The position numbers were made by a program, and so were the translations under genes. Under the pieces are notes generated by a model, which was given only the letters and a program-made list of their open reading frames with translations, searched no databases and was not told where the DNA came from. Shown here one piece after another: positions 16,998 through 26,920 of a DNA stretch of 32,000 nucleotides (positions are counted from its first letter, which is position 1; each line of letters opens with the position of its first letter). This DNA is from Candidatus Jordarchaeales archaeon (GTDB taxonomy: Archaea; Asgardarchaeota; Jordiarchaeia; Jordiarchaeales; Freyrarchaeaceae), in contig JAWAHN010000001.1 of NCBI GenBank assembly GCA_038889235.1, forward strand, positions 374,499 to 406,498, in the 5' to 3' direction.

Positions 16998-18633
16998 GGT
17001 TGGCTCGTCCTATCACTAACACCCCATCGAAGTTAAACAATATAGTGTAATTGTCCGAGGCAAGCAACATGGTAGCTAGTTCGCTTGGCGCTAATCTGTC
17101 GTAGAACAACCTTAGCCCACCCGAGCCGCTGAGGTAGTACCATGGTGAGCACGTGTCGAGAACTAGGATGTCATAGTACTCGGTAGGCATGAATGTGTAG
17201 TGTCCTAGGTATAGGTTTAGGCTCGGTGTTAAGTGGGGGAAAAGATCGCCCTGTGTTGAAACAGTGAAATATGGTGGAATGGAAGATGTTACCGCGTGAA
17301 GCACTTGGTCGCGAGGAGTTCCCCCTTCGACGAGCCATACCGGGCTCCAAAGGTAGAAGCTAGCAAAACTACAGAGCAACACTACAAGCGTGAGACAGAA
17401 GAAAGCCCCACCTTTAGTGTAGAATGCCTTTACCAGGTGAGGAGCAAGGTTGATTTTCGATACAAATTTCCACGATAAGCTTACGAGGTTCTTTGTTGCG
17501 TGAACTGACGCCAAGAAAATGAATGGGACCAGAAGAGATGGATACTGGTATCCCACAGCAGTGTAATGTGTCGGCGTAACGGATGATAAATTAAGGAGAA
17601 TCCACGGAATGGCAGGCAACAGCACAGCTGGACTCATCAATGGGAGGAAAGCGAAGGGGAAAAACAATTGGAGCAAATAATACGATTTCATGCTGGGCTC
17701 TGCGAGGACTAAGGCTAGCAAGAGTTGGTCTGAAAAGTATTTCCCGTGGAGAAGCTTTAAGAGAAAGAACTTGACTGGTGTGGGTGTGAAAGCCGCATGG
17801 AGGCTGCCAACCGGGTTTGTAAGAAAGCTCTTCGCAACACCGACTAGCCCTATTCCGAGGTAGCTCCAGGAGAAGGCGTGCCTATCAGCGGAAATTACTG
17901 AGGGAAACATGCACGACGCGAGAACAAACCATCCGACACCCAGAACGACCGTTAACGTTGCGAAGGATAGGTAGCGACTTGAAAAAGCGCCTTTAAATTC
18001 AAGCTTAACGAGAGAGCGCCATGGAATTTCTTTTCTGTAAGCCCACGCGACGTACACTCCGATAGCCGCAACTGTAAAGGCTGCAGTCTCCTTACACATA
18101 AGGGCTAGAAACATGCAGAAAGCCGATTTTAAAAGGCGTCCACGCTCAATGAAAAGCAAGGAGGAGAAAAAAAGGAGGGGGAAGAAGCAATCAGGGTGAA
18201 AATCGTAAAGGTTAATCCCGTGAATAGACGGGTTCAGTAAATAACAAAGTGAGATGAGAAGGGCGAGGGAGCCTGATTTGAGGACGGCGCGTGAAATGAG
18301 GAACGCGGGAACGGCTGCAAAACCAAGCGCGATAGATTGAATGGCGAGGAGCAAAAGAGGTGTCTGAGCGAAAGAGTAAATTGGGAGGATGAGGAAAAGA
18401 ATTGGGTCAAAGTGGAATTGGAAATGACTGCCAAGCTCGATGGTGTCATAAAACAGAAGGCCGAAGTTCAAGGAAGAGTAAAGAGCCTGATTGAATATTC
18501 CAAGGTCACCTGCAAGTGTCCTAAACGAGTAATGGTTTGTAAAGGAGAGGGAAGTAAATAGACAAGAGTATAGAACTGAAAGCAGAAATATTACGAAAAG
18601 TGGGCGATCCCTCAAAAAACGCGAAAAGAACAA
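16978..18633 (-). CDS. DUF2079-family multi-TM protein (GT-C-fold glycosyltransferase-like)
   Basis: GDLGIFNQAL, SHFQFHFDPILFLILPIY, LLAIQS, LNP..HGINLYDFHP, ALMCKE; many TM segments. GGAGGTG SD favours TTG 18633 (ORF track 18654). Confidence 0.82.
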   Translation of the reverse strand: MFFSRFLRDRPLFVIFLLSVLYSCLFTSLSFTNHYSFRTLAGDLGIFNQALYSSLNFGLLFYDTIELGSHFQFHFDPILFLILPIYSFAQTPLLLLAIQSIALGFAAVPAFLISRAVLKSGSLALLISLCYLLNPSIHGINLYDFHPDCFFPLLFFSSLLFIERGRLLKSAFCMFLALMCKETAAFTVAAIGVYVAWAYRKEIPWRSLVKLEFKGAFSSRYLSFATLTVVLGVGWFVLASCMFPSVISADRHAFSWSYLGIGLVGVAKSFLTNPVGSLHAAFTPTPVKFFLLKLLHGKYFSDQLLLALVLAEPSMKSYYLLQLFFPFAFLPLMSPAVLLPAIPWILLNLSSVTPTHYTAVGYQYPSLLVPFIFLASVHATKNLVSLSWKFVSKINLAPHLVKAFYTKGGAFFCLTLVVLLCSFASFYLWSPVWLVEGGTPRDQVLHAVTSSIPPYFTVSTQGDLFPHLTPSLNLYLGHYTFMPTEYYDILVLDTCSPWYYLSGSGGLRLFYDRLAPSELATMLLASDNYTILFNFDGVLVIGRANLTQFSP

Positions 18634-19126
18634 AATAAAACACCTCCGACCCAAAGAGAGGTGATAAAATTAAAAACCTTTCGGAGACAAGCTTCCAGCT
18701 GAGTAGTATTCGTAAGTGGGTGGAACATAACTTGCTTACAAAGAAACATGGGTTACTTAAGGGTTCTCTCAAAACTCGCGGAAAACTAAGATGCTACCCG
18801 ACTTTTAGAAAAACACCCGTTGATAAGATAGTTCCAAAAGTATAATATGAAAACCTTTAAGAAATTTCACCGAATTTTTCACTTTAAACTAAGCCGGCCT
18901 AAGGAGAGTTCTAAAATTTAAAGAGAGCACAATACAGATGCTTGAGAAATGAATGGAGACAACTGAAGAAGACAACAGGCTTCTATTATTTAATTTTCGC
19001 TGATTTTCCCTGTAAGGGTTCAACGGAGGAAAAGACAAGGAGACAAATTAAGGGAACGAGGGAGACCATTAAGGTTCCTAACGGGCCCCTCACATAAGAC
19101 TAACAACAATATCACACCGACTATAT

Positions 19127-19150
19127 TTTCTATTAATTTCTATTAATTTC
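19127..19150. repeat. 10-bp tandem duplication (TATTAATTTC x2) in AT-rich intergenic DNA
   Basis: 19131-19140 and 19141-19150 are identical, preceded by TTTC. Confidence 0.8.
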
Positions 19151-19532
19151 TCTATAATAAAAATTTTATTTATTTTTATTTCAAAGGTTCTATCTCGATA
19201 ACGACTGCATTGAGGGAAACAAGACGTGATTATTTGAGACAGACGAGTGGCTGCTGCGTACCCTGTAATCCTTATTTTAAACTTTATTCAGTAGCGTTAA
19301 GGGTGCATTCTAGTGGTTTTTTTCCTGGAAACCGCACTGAAAGACCAACTTACGAAGAATGTGCCCTCTTAGTCCTTTCGCTGAAGAATATTTAAAAACA
19401 CCCATCTATCTTTAACCAGAAGCACTTTGATTGCCTCAAAGTCTAATGTAAGTTTTCCAGCAGAGACTGCAAAGAGGGTTGGAAGTGGCTGCACGTTTAG
19501 GGGGACACGTCAGGATATAACTCAAGAATGAT

Positions 19533-21350
19533 CTAAGATTCAACTTCGGAATGCCTATCTATGTTGTCAAGTAGCATGAGGAGGGCGGCGAAAAAGGAGA
19601 TCAACAGCAAAACACTGACAAGTGTGCCTCCATTAGCACATAGCGGGTTTAATGATGACGGGGACGGAGTGAACATTAAGGCATGAGATATTCCTGACGC
19701 AACGAATGAAATAGTCTCTTTCACTATCCACGAGGCGAGCGCAGAAGCTAGTGCTAAAGGTATCGTTAAAAGGGCGATTTTCACTCTCAGGCTCAGGCGC
19801 TTGGCGTATTGCCTGTTTTTCAGCAAGATGGGTTTAATGATTGTCAGCATAAACGCTGGTAGCAGTATGCACACAACCAAGAATAGTATTATTATTCTGA
19901 ATGCTAGAGGATATGTGAATTCTTCGAGCTGGAAAGCTGGCAGAATGGGGTACTGCGACCAAAGTATGCCGTTCGCATTCAGTGGAAGTGAGATGATCAC
20001 TAGAGTGGCTACCATAAGTAGGGAGAGAGCAAAGGAATTGCCTGGTAATATTTCGGCCATGAGTAAAAGCTGTCTCTTAAACGGGAAGACATTTTCTTCG
20101 AATAGAAGATTTACGAGAACAGCAAGGCATAAGACGGAAAAAATTAAGCCTATTGCAGGAATGAGGGACGACGGACCCGCGTAGCCCCAGTAGCCACCAT
20201 TAATGTAGTAGAAAATGCTGTTCACAAGGAAGTAGTTGCAAAGGGGGAGAAAGTTGAAGAGGAGTAAGATTACTCTATCCAAACTACGGTCAGAATATAG
20301 CAGGAGCAAAAATGGAAGAGCCCAAAGAACATAGTGAGGGTTCACCTTGCTCATCGAGAGAAAAGCTGCCATGTAAGCGGCTGAGAAGTAAGCTGCGAGA
20401 AGCACCCTTCTGCCACCATACTTCAACTTGAACACTCCCTTAAAATGAGCAAAGTAAGCTAAACAGCAAAAAATTAAGCCATAAACAAGCACACTTAGCT
20501 TAAGAGAAACAAACGGTATCCAGGTTAAGCCAAGCCTTATCAGAAAACTGTAATGCGATAGATTGGGGTTAGCATTCATGAGCGTGAAAGGATCAACCTC
20601 CGTGGCGTATTTTGTGAGGGGCGTCAGCGCACGTTCAATTGAGGGGGCAAAAAAGAAAACGTGGAAGTTTGGGTCGTAATAAAAGAGGCCTAAGGGAAGA
20701 AGGGAGAGGGAAGCGAAGATTATGAAGGAAAGGGCAAATTTCAAAACGTTTCTCCACTTTCCCCACATGAAAAGAATTGCTGCCGGAAACAATATAACAC
20801 CCTGGTACTTGACGCCGAAACTCAAGGCCAGCTCAAGCCCGCCAAGAACGTATCTCTCTTTCCATAGATGATAGAAACCGAGAATGGCAAAAAACACAGA
20901 GATAGACTCAAAGTGTCCGTGCACGTTGCTTACAAAAATGGACAGTGGGTTAAGCCAGTACGCCAAGCTTAAAGGCATGGCATAGCGCTCCTTACCATCT
21001 TCCCTAAGCATACGAAAAATGAGGTAGGCGACCCCAAGATCTGCGAGGGTAAATGGTAGCTTTAGGAAGAATTTCTCGGAGATCGAAAACAACTGGCCGA
21101 AAATGAAGAATGGGTCACTTATCAAGTCAACTGGAAAATACGAAAGCAGAAGAATGAAAAAGTAGACCACAGGATACGCCCACTCAACAAAGAACATTAA
21201 AGCCCCATCACGATAATACGCTCTAGCAACAGATAGAAAAAAGTTAACATCAAAATCGTGAGCAAAAAACACCGAAAGAATTGAACGCAAAAACAAGCCA
21301 AAAAGCACGAAACGGTTACCAAGAAACTCCCGCAGCCAATACAAACCCAA
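19533..21350 (-). CDS. GT-C-fold membrane glycosyltransferase (GT87/PIG-M-like), paralog 1
   Basis: First loop AHDFD, WAYP, KLPFTLADL, AYWLNPLSIFVS..HGHFESI, GVKYQ, PHYVLWALPFL; multiple TM helices. Confidence 0.75.
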   Translation of the reverse strand: MGLYWLREFLGNRFVLFGLFLRSILSVFFAHDFDVNFFLSVARAYYRDGALMFFVEWAYPVVYFFILLLSYFPVDLISDPFFIFGQLFSISEKFFLKLPFTLADLGVAYLIFRMLREDGKERYAMPLSLAYWLNPLSIFVSNVHGHFESISVFFAILGFYHLWKERYVLGGLELALSFGVKYQGVILFPAAILFMWGKWRNVLKFALSFIIFASLSLLPLGLFYYDPNFHVFFFAPSIERALTPLTKYATEVDPFTLMNANPNLSHYSFLIRLGLTWIPFVSLKLSVLVYGLIFCCLAYFAHFKGVFKLKYGGRRVLLAAYFSAAYMAAFLSMSKVNPHYVLWALPFLLLLYSDRSLDRVILLLFNFLPLCNYFLVNSIFYYINGGYWGYAGPSSLIPAIGLIFSVLCLAVLVNLLFEENVFPFKRQLLLMAEILPGNSFALSLLMVATLVIISLPLNANGILWSQYPILPAFQLEEFTYPLAFRIIILFLVVCILLPAFMLTIIKPILLKNRQYAKRLSLRVKIALLTIPLALASALASWIVKETISFVASGISHALMFTPSPSSLNPLCANGGTLVSVLLLISFFAALLMLLDNIDRHSEVES

Positions 21351-21529
21351 TAACCACCCATTAATTGTTAACTAAAAACTTTCAAGAACATCTCTTTCTA
21401 TGAATTTTTTGATTTTCGCGTTTTTAAAAAAATAAGAAGAGGTTGTAAGCTTTTCGATGAACTTATAAAGACTGTGAACTTAAGTTAGCTTCAACCATAA
21501 AACATCACTAAGAAACCCACTTTACAATG

Positions 21530-21790
21530 TTACGAAAACATTCTATAAATAAAATAATAAAAGAATAATAAAGCTAAATAGATAACTAAGGAAACAGATG
21601 CTACATAAAGTAATTCCAGGCGATGCACGAAATACTTGAGAGTGATAAAGGTTATAGCCGACATAAAAAGGTGAACCATAGTTGATGCATGTTTCCTATC
21701 ACTCAAAAATGCAGAATAAAATAATAAAAAAAGAGAGGAAATATTCACATTGATACATGAAAGGTTTTGTTGTGTAATAGATGAAGTAGA
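21530..21790 (-). pseudogene. Possible C-terminal relic of a polysaccharide flippase (Wzx-like) or other membrane protein
   Basis: Very hydrophobic 72-aa frame (ASTMVHLFMSAITFITLKYF...VSLVIYLALLFFYYF) with no plausible SD/start; a shifted frame upstream reads LFYFIYYTTKPF. Family assignment is inference. Confidence 0.35.
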
Positions 21791-21803
21791 AGAGGGGCAA
21801 GAG

Positions 21804-22907
21804 GTGATTCTTATTAAAATTCTTGTGTTTAATTGGCGGGATATTTTAAATCCAGAGGCGGGTGGCGCAGAAGTTCACCTTCACGAAATATTTAAAAGAA
21901 TATCTTATATGGGACACGAAGTAGTTGTGATTTCTTCAAGGTTTAACGGATGTAAAAACCATGAAAAAATAAACGGCGTAAAAATTTATAGAGTTGGGGG
22001 TAAATTTCTCTATGGCGTTATAGTACCATTGTACTACCTCTTAAAGCTAAGAAAGGACAGGTTTGACGTGGTAATTGACGACATAAGCAAGGCCCCGTTA
22101 TTTACCCCTCTTTATGTTAGAAAACCTCTCATAGCGATAGTTCATCATTTTCACGGCCTGACCCTCTTTAAAGAGCTACCTTTCCTGCTAGCCTTACCGT
22201 TATATATTCTTGAAAAAATGATTCCTCTAATTTACAAAAGGACTCCTTTCGTAACTGTCTCGGAAAGCACTAAGCATGAGTTGGCCAGTTATCACATTAA
22301 GAGGGAACAGATAGCCGTAATATATAACGGAGTAAACTTGCATTGCTCTATCGGCAAAAAGGCAGAGAAACCCTTAGTAGTATACGTCGGTAGAGTAAAA
22401 AGGTACAAGCAACTAAATCACTTAATTGAAGCCTTCAAAGGAGTTAAGCAAAAGGTTCCAGAGGCCAAACTAGTGATAGCAGGTAAGGGAGATGCTCATG
22501 AAGAACTTATAGAGTTGGCGAAAAAAATAGGGGTGGAATTTACGTGCATAAGGGAGATTAGCGAAGAAGAAAAAGTCAGATTATTGCAGAAGGCGTGGGT
22601 CTACGTCACAACATCAATGAAGGAAGGATGGGGGATAAGCGTAATAGAGGCAAACGCCTGTGGCACACCAGTGGTCGCATATGACGTAGCAGGCTTAAGA
22701 GAAGCCGTAAAAAACGGGAAAACAGGATACCTTGTAACCTACGGTGATATAAAAGAATTAACGGGAAAAATAACTGATATTTTACTTAACCATCAACTTA
22801 GACAAGAAATGTCAAGAAACGCAGTTGAGTGGGCTAAGAAATTTGACTGGCAAGCAGCCTCAACAAAAATGCTTAAAATAATTTATGCAATAACACGGAA
22901 AAGTTAA
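21804..22907 (+). CDS. GT4 (GT-B) glycosyltransferase
   Basis: KILVFNWRDI.NPEAGGAEVHLHE, VYVGRVKRYKQ, EGWGISVIEANACGTPVVAYDVAGLRE. Start is GTG 21804 or the later ATT 21813 (ORF track 21750). Confidence 0.92.
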   Translation: MILIKILVFNWRDILNPEAGGAEVHLHEIFKRISYMGHEVVVISSRFNGCKNHEKINGVKIYRVGGKFLYGVIVPLYYLLKLRKDRFDVVIDDISKAPLFTPLYVRKPLIAIVHHFHGLTLFKELPFLLALPLYILEKMIPLIYKRTPFVTVSESTKHELASYHIKREQIAVIYNGVNLHCSIGKKAEKPLVVYVGRVKRYKQLNHLIEAFKGVKQKVPEAKLVIAGKGDAHEELIELAKKIGVEFTCIREISEEEKVRLLQKAWVYVTTSMKEGWGISVIEANACGTPVVAYDVAGLREAVKNGKTGYLVTYGDIKELTGKITDILLNHQLRQEMSRNAVEWAKKFDWQAASTKMLKIIYAITRKS

Positions 22908-23169
22908 AATTGAAAATGCCTAAAATTGAAAGTCCTCATAACTCGTTTCAGGGTGCAAAAATTAGCTTCATTAAAGACACAAGGTATAATTAAAAACATT
23001 TACTTTTCGAAGGATATCTTTGCTAAAATTCCGCAATTTATTGAACAAGCCATATATTTGATCCTATATGCGGAGTCCTCATTCCAATGAAACATTCTGT
23101 TCTTTAAATTTTTGTTTTGAAGAGAGACTTAAAATATAAGGTTTAGAGAGGCCAAACCGCGTTTCGAAC

Positions 23170-23211
23170 TTCCCATTAAAATGGGAACTGCTTTTTTTTT
23201 AAAAAAAAAAA
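23170..23211 (+). terminator. Hairpin plus T9/A11 tract; probable intrinsic, possibly bidirectional, terminator
   Basis: TTCCCATT-AA-AATGGGAA stem (23170-23187) followed by T9 (23192-23200) and A11 (23201-23211), downstream of the GT4 gene. Confidence 0.6.
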
Positions 23212-23514
23212 GAAAAAATAAAGAGATTGTCAACTACTGAGACCCTTTAAGCTCAGGTATAACCTAGAAGGCTTATAATTTTTCAAAGCTACACTTTAAT
23301 GAAATTATGGAGAATTAGAGTAGGTGGCAAGAAGTCATTAATAATTGCCTGATTTTGGAACGAGAAGAGACAAATAATCAATTACACCGACAAATTTCAT
23401 TTTGATGACTGCTTAGAGCTGCGAAAAAGCCAAATGTAAGTAAATTTACAGTACGGCGGGTAATCAAGTAAAAGTAATAAAAATAAAACTTAAATTCCTC
23501 TGAAGGGCCGTCGT

Positions 23515-25440
23515 TTGAAGGACAAAAATCTGAAGCAGAGGGACAAGGCATTGCAAGATAAAACGTCTTTTAAGAAATTTATCAGAAACAAGCCCTTAAT
23601 GTTGGGGCTCGCGTTTCGCCTTGCTATCACGCCTTTATTTGCTCACCAATATGATTTTACGGTTTTTGTGAACGCGGCTAGAACTTTTTACATGCAAGGT
23701 GTTGCAACGTTCTTCGTTGACCGGTCATACATAATTTGTTTTAATTTTACGGGATGGCCTTACCCTGTTCTTAGTTATTTGTTTTTACTTGCTTCGTATT
23801 TTCCTGTTCGTCTCTTGTCATGGGATATTGCCCTTTTTTACGAGAACTTCACATTGGCTGAGAAGCTTTTTGTTAAGCTTCCCTTGAATCTTTGCGACCT
23901 TGCCACGGCATACATACTCTTCTTAACAGCTAAAAGAAATGGGATGGAAAAGCATGCCATGCCTTTAGCTCTCGCATACTGGCTAAATCCACTATCCATA
24001 TACGTTAGTAGTTTTTATGGAACATTTGACCCCGTTGGGGTGATGTTGGCGCTTGCTGCATTCTACCACTTTACTCGCGAACGCTACGCTCTAGCAGCCA
24101 TAGAAGCAATGCTTGGAGCGGCAGTAAAGTTCCATGCATTACTTATCATACCACCACTGCTGGTAATCCTTTGGACAAAAAGGAGAGAGAAGCTGCCAGC
24201 ATTTCTCGCAACGCTCACAGTAACTTACATCGTGGTATTCGTGTTCCCTAAAATGATAAAACAAATTCCTTATCTCAACTTGTGGATAATTCAACCATCC
24301 ATCTCAAGTTTAATCCAGGCGCTGTCGCCGCCCAAGGTAGGTTTTAATATGACGTACCACATGCTTCTCGCAAGAACTGAGATAGCCCCTCTTTTATATT
24401 ACGTTTATGCTTCTCATGGAGGGCTGGTTGAGTTAGGTTCGTCTGCAGCTATTTTCGCTGTTTTAACGTATCTAGTCTTAAAAAAGGAGCTGGTGAGCTT
24501 ATCGTCACAAACAGCTTACATCATCGGGACACATATGGCATTTTACTTGTCCTCCTCACAAATACATCAACATTATGCTTTGTGGGCTCTTCCCTTTCTT
24601 TTACTGCTTTTAGCGTGTGGAAATATTCAGCGAAACCTAGTCCTAATCTATAACGTTGTCCCAATAGTTCACGGCTTCTGGCGAGATAGTATATTCTACT
24701 TCATAAACCAGAAATATTTTCCTTACGGAGTTGGATGGGGGAGCTTCGCAGCGACGGGAACTATATTCTCGATAGTCTGTTTAGTGATACTGCAGGCGAT
24801 CGTTAAAGACCAGATCTTAAGGTGCAAAGTACCATCTAGAATCGAGGAATTCTTTTCCCGTGTTTCGCCAGAAGTAAGAAATATGTTGCTATATGCGACG
24901 TTAGCTTTGACGTTCGTCACGATAGTTAGCATGCTGAACGTCAACGGCGTTTATTGGGCAAGCATACCATTCGTGCAACTCTGCCCTATAGAATGGGGTT
25001 GGGATGGCTTCGGGATTCTTCCAAGGGACAAGGAGTTAGTATTGCTGTATCTTGCCGCGACTTTAATGGTTCCGTTGCCTCTAGCGTTGACGCTCCTAAG
25101 AAATGAGGCTGCACGGCAACTTAACCCGGTGAGGGAAGCGAAGCTTCTGATACCACTAATCCTCACGGCGCTAACAATACTGACAATCACAATTTTAAAC
25201 TCAACAATCACCTATATAGGATTACTTAAATTAGTCTATTACATATATTACGTCGTAGAGGTTTTAAAAAAGTGGCAGACTTTAGTTCCCCTAGTTTTCT
25301 TGGTATATGCTAACTTGCCTTTGGGTGGGTTCTTAACGCTGGCTCATGGGGGGATAATGACATCAGTTCTAATATGGATGGCAGCAATAATAACGCTTCT
25401 CACAATAATTCCATTAAACCAAAAAGAGAAACAAAAATAG
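23515..25440 (+). CDS. GT-C-fold membrane glycosyltransferase (GT87/PIG-M-like), paralog 2
   Basis: AHQYD, WPYP, KLPLNLCDL, AYWLNPLSIYVS..YGTFDPV, AVKFH, QHYALWALPFL; co-linear with the 19533-21350 protein. Confidence 0.75.
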   Translation: MKDKNLKQRDKALQDKTSFKKFIRNKPLMLGLAFRLAITPLFAHQYDFTVFVNAARTFYMQGVATFFVDRSYIICFNFTGWPYPVLSYLFLLASYFPVRLLSWDIALFYENFTLAEKLFVKLPLNLCDLATAYILFLTAKRNGMEKHAMPLALAYWLNPLSIYVSSFYGTFDPVGVMLALAAFYHFTRERYALAAIEAMLGAAVKFHALLIIPPLLVILWTKRREKLPAFLATLTVTYIVVFVFPKMIKQIPYLNLWIIQPSISSLIQALSPPKVGFNMTYHMLLARTEIAPLLYYVYASHGGLVELGSSAAIFAVLTYLVLKKELVSLSSQTAYIIGTHMAFYLSSSQIHQHYALWALPFLLLLLACGNIQRNLVLIYNVVPIVHGFWRDSIFYFINQKYFPYGVGWGSFAATGTIFSIVCLVILQAIVKDQILRCKVPSRIEEFFSRVSPEVRNMLLYATLALTFVTIVSMLNVNGVYWASIPFVQLCPIEWGWDGFGILPRDKELVLLYLAATLMVPLPLALTLLRNEAARQLNPVREAKLLIPLILTALTILTITILNSTITYIGLLKLVYYIYYVVEVLKKWQTLVPLVFLVYANLPLGGFLTLAHGGIMTSVLIWMAAIITLLTIIPLNQKEKQK

Positions 25441-25460
25441 TTACAAAAATTTTGTATCTC

Positions 25461-25482
25461 ATCTAGATTTTATCTAGATTTT
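25461..25482. repeat. 11-bp tandem duplication ATCTAGATTTT x2 (palindromic core ATCTAGAT)
   Basis: 25461-25471 equals 25472-25482; the second copy contains the stop codon of the GT2 relic. Adjacent inverted repeat TACAAAA-A-TTTTGTA at 25442-25456. Confidence 0.8.
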
Positions 25483-25990
25483 AGTAGTTAGCTTGTCCAG
25501 TATCCCTTTTAAGTATACTTTTGCTTTTTCAACCTTTCCACAACTGGTCTTTTTTGACCATAGGACAATCATGAGGTAGTACAATGTGAAAAACCAGTTA
25601 AATAGTAATGTGAAAAGCAGGAGTTGCCATTTTTTGAGCATTTTCTGTGGAAAATTATTCTGTCTCTTGCCGCGTAGTATGCTCTGAGCTCGTTGTGAAC
25701 ATGGAACAGGCGGGCTTTGTCACCCACTTCCTCCGGCAAAGGCAAATCGTGCCAAACCTTCGCTCTAGGGTTGTACACCAACCTGAAACCGACTCTCCTA
25801 CTGCTCGGCGAAGTCAGCTTCATTATAGTATTCGATGACTTCCCTTCCAGCCATGAAGCAGTTAAGGAATCAATGGAAACTATAAGCAAGTCAAGGTTTC
25901 CTTCAAATTATATTATTGAGCTACATAAAGCGAGTTAAAAAAGTAACCATGCTTTTCATGACGTCAACACGCCAGATATAGTCCAGCCGC
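25474..25990 (-). pseudogene. Frameshifted C-terminal half of a GT2 glycosyltransferase
   Basis: Fragments across frames: FLNCFMAGREVIEYYNEADFAE / RRVGFRLVYNPRAKVWHDLP...RAYYAARDRIIFHRK / WQLLLFTLLFNWFFTLYYL...KGILDKLTTKI*. One shift lies at a T6 tract (25630-25635); no N-terminal DxD domain. Confidence 0.7.
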
Positions 25991-26061
25991 TCGTAGTATA
26001 CCTGATAGTAGTGGTAACATCTATCTTCTATATTTAGAAATCGATTAAATCTTTTTTCTGA

Positions 26062-26694
26062 CTAATTCTCATCTTCTTTCTGTGCTACTATAATTATGAT
26101 CGACGAGAGTGAAGGTATTTTGCTGAAAAATTTATCTACCTTCCTTATTGGTGTAGGAAGCTTGTCGAAGCTTGTTCCTTTAATTTTTATAATTTTAAAT
26201 CCATGATATTTCAGAAATTCTTTTAATGCTCTCAAAGTAAATAGTCTTAAGTGACCAACAACTTGCTGTCCTGGTCTCCCAAAGATTTTAATTGTTGATA
26301 CTTCTGAGAAAATTGGTTGAATTCCAAGAAGGAGCAATATTCTGTTGTACCAGCAAGCAAGATTTGGAGTCGAAAGCACGAGGAAACCATCTTTCTTCAG
26401 CACTCTCCTAACTTCCCTAATTGCGAAGTCGGGGTTTGCTAGGTGTTCTATAACTTCACCCATGTGTACTACGTGAAAAGAGTTGTCCTCAAAGGGTAAC
26501 CTTTCACTAGAAACATCAACTTTGCACGCGTTAACACCTGCTTGCCTAGCTTTATCAACAAGTTCCTGTGAAATATCCACTCCAAACACTTTAAAAACAC
26601 TTCCAAAAATTTTAGTAAAACTTCCATCAGCACATCCTACATCGCACATCAATGGTTGGCCGTCATACTTCAGCACGCCTAATATGTTTTCCAT
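26062..26694 (-). CDS. Class I SAM-dependent methyltransferase (type 11); may have lost about 16 N-terminal codons to a homopolymer frameshift
   Basis: CDVGCADG, GVDIS, LPFEDNSFHVVHMGEVIEHL, RVLKKDGFLVLSTPNLA, GHLRLFT. An upstream ATG frame MNELFEERK joins in frame if T6 at 26713-26718 were T7. Confidence 0.88.
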   Translation of the reverse strand: MENILGVLKYDGQPLMCDVGCADGSFTKIFGSVFKVFGVDISQELVDKARQAGVNACKVDVSSERLPFEDNSFHVVHMGEVIEHLANPDFAIREVRRVLKKDGFLVLSTPNLACWYNRILLLLGIQPIFSEVSTIKIFGRPGQQVVGHLRLFTLRALKEFLKYHGFKIIKIKGTSFDKLPTPIRKVDKFFSKIPSLSSIIIIVAQKEDEN

Positions 26695-26920
26695 TATAAT
26701 TTTGTAAACATATTTTTTCTTTCCTCAAAAAGTTCATTCATCCTTTCTCAACTCCGAGCAATATGAAACATTTACACCTGATTTTTCTATTTCATTTTTT
26801 CTATTTTTAGATATGTACTTTATGCATCACTTGACTTCCGTGATTTCGATTACTTTGACAGAAAAAATTAAACATTAATCTATAAACTTTGTTTTAGTAA
26901 TTCTGTGGAGGAGCTGCTAA

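Noticed and set aside
18655-19530. Hidden gene in the 0.9-kb gap (ORFs 18521-18772 and 19210-19395)
   Set aside because: No recognisable motifs or SD and frequent stops in all frames; treated as degenerate intergenic DNA.
22926-23090. 54-aa frame LKVLITRFRVQK... after GT4 as a small gene or relic
   Set aside because: Only the first six residues look enzyme-like; no SD and no further motif.
23404-23502. TGATGA ... CTGA as a box C/D sRNA
   Set aside because: Spacing of about 90 nt is too long for archaeal C/D guides, and no C'/D' boxes or terminal stem are evident.
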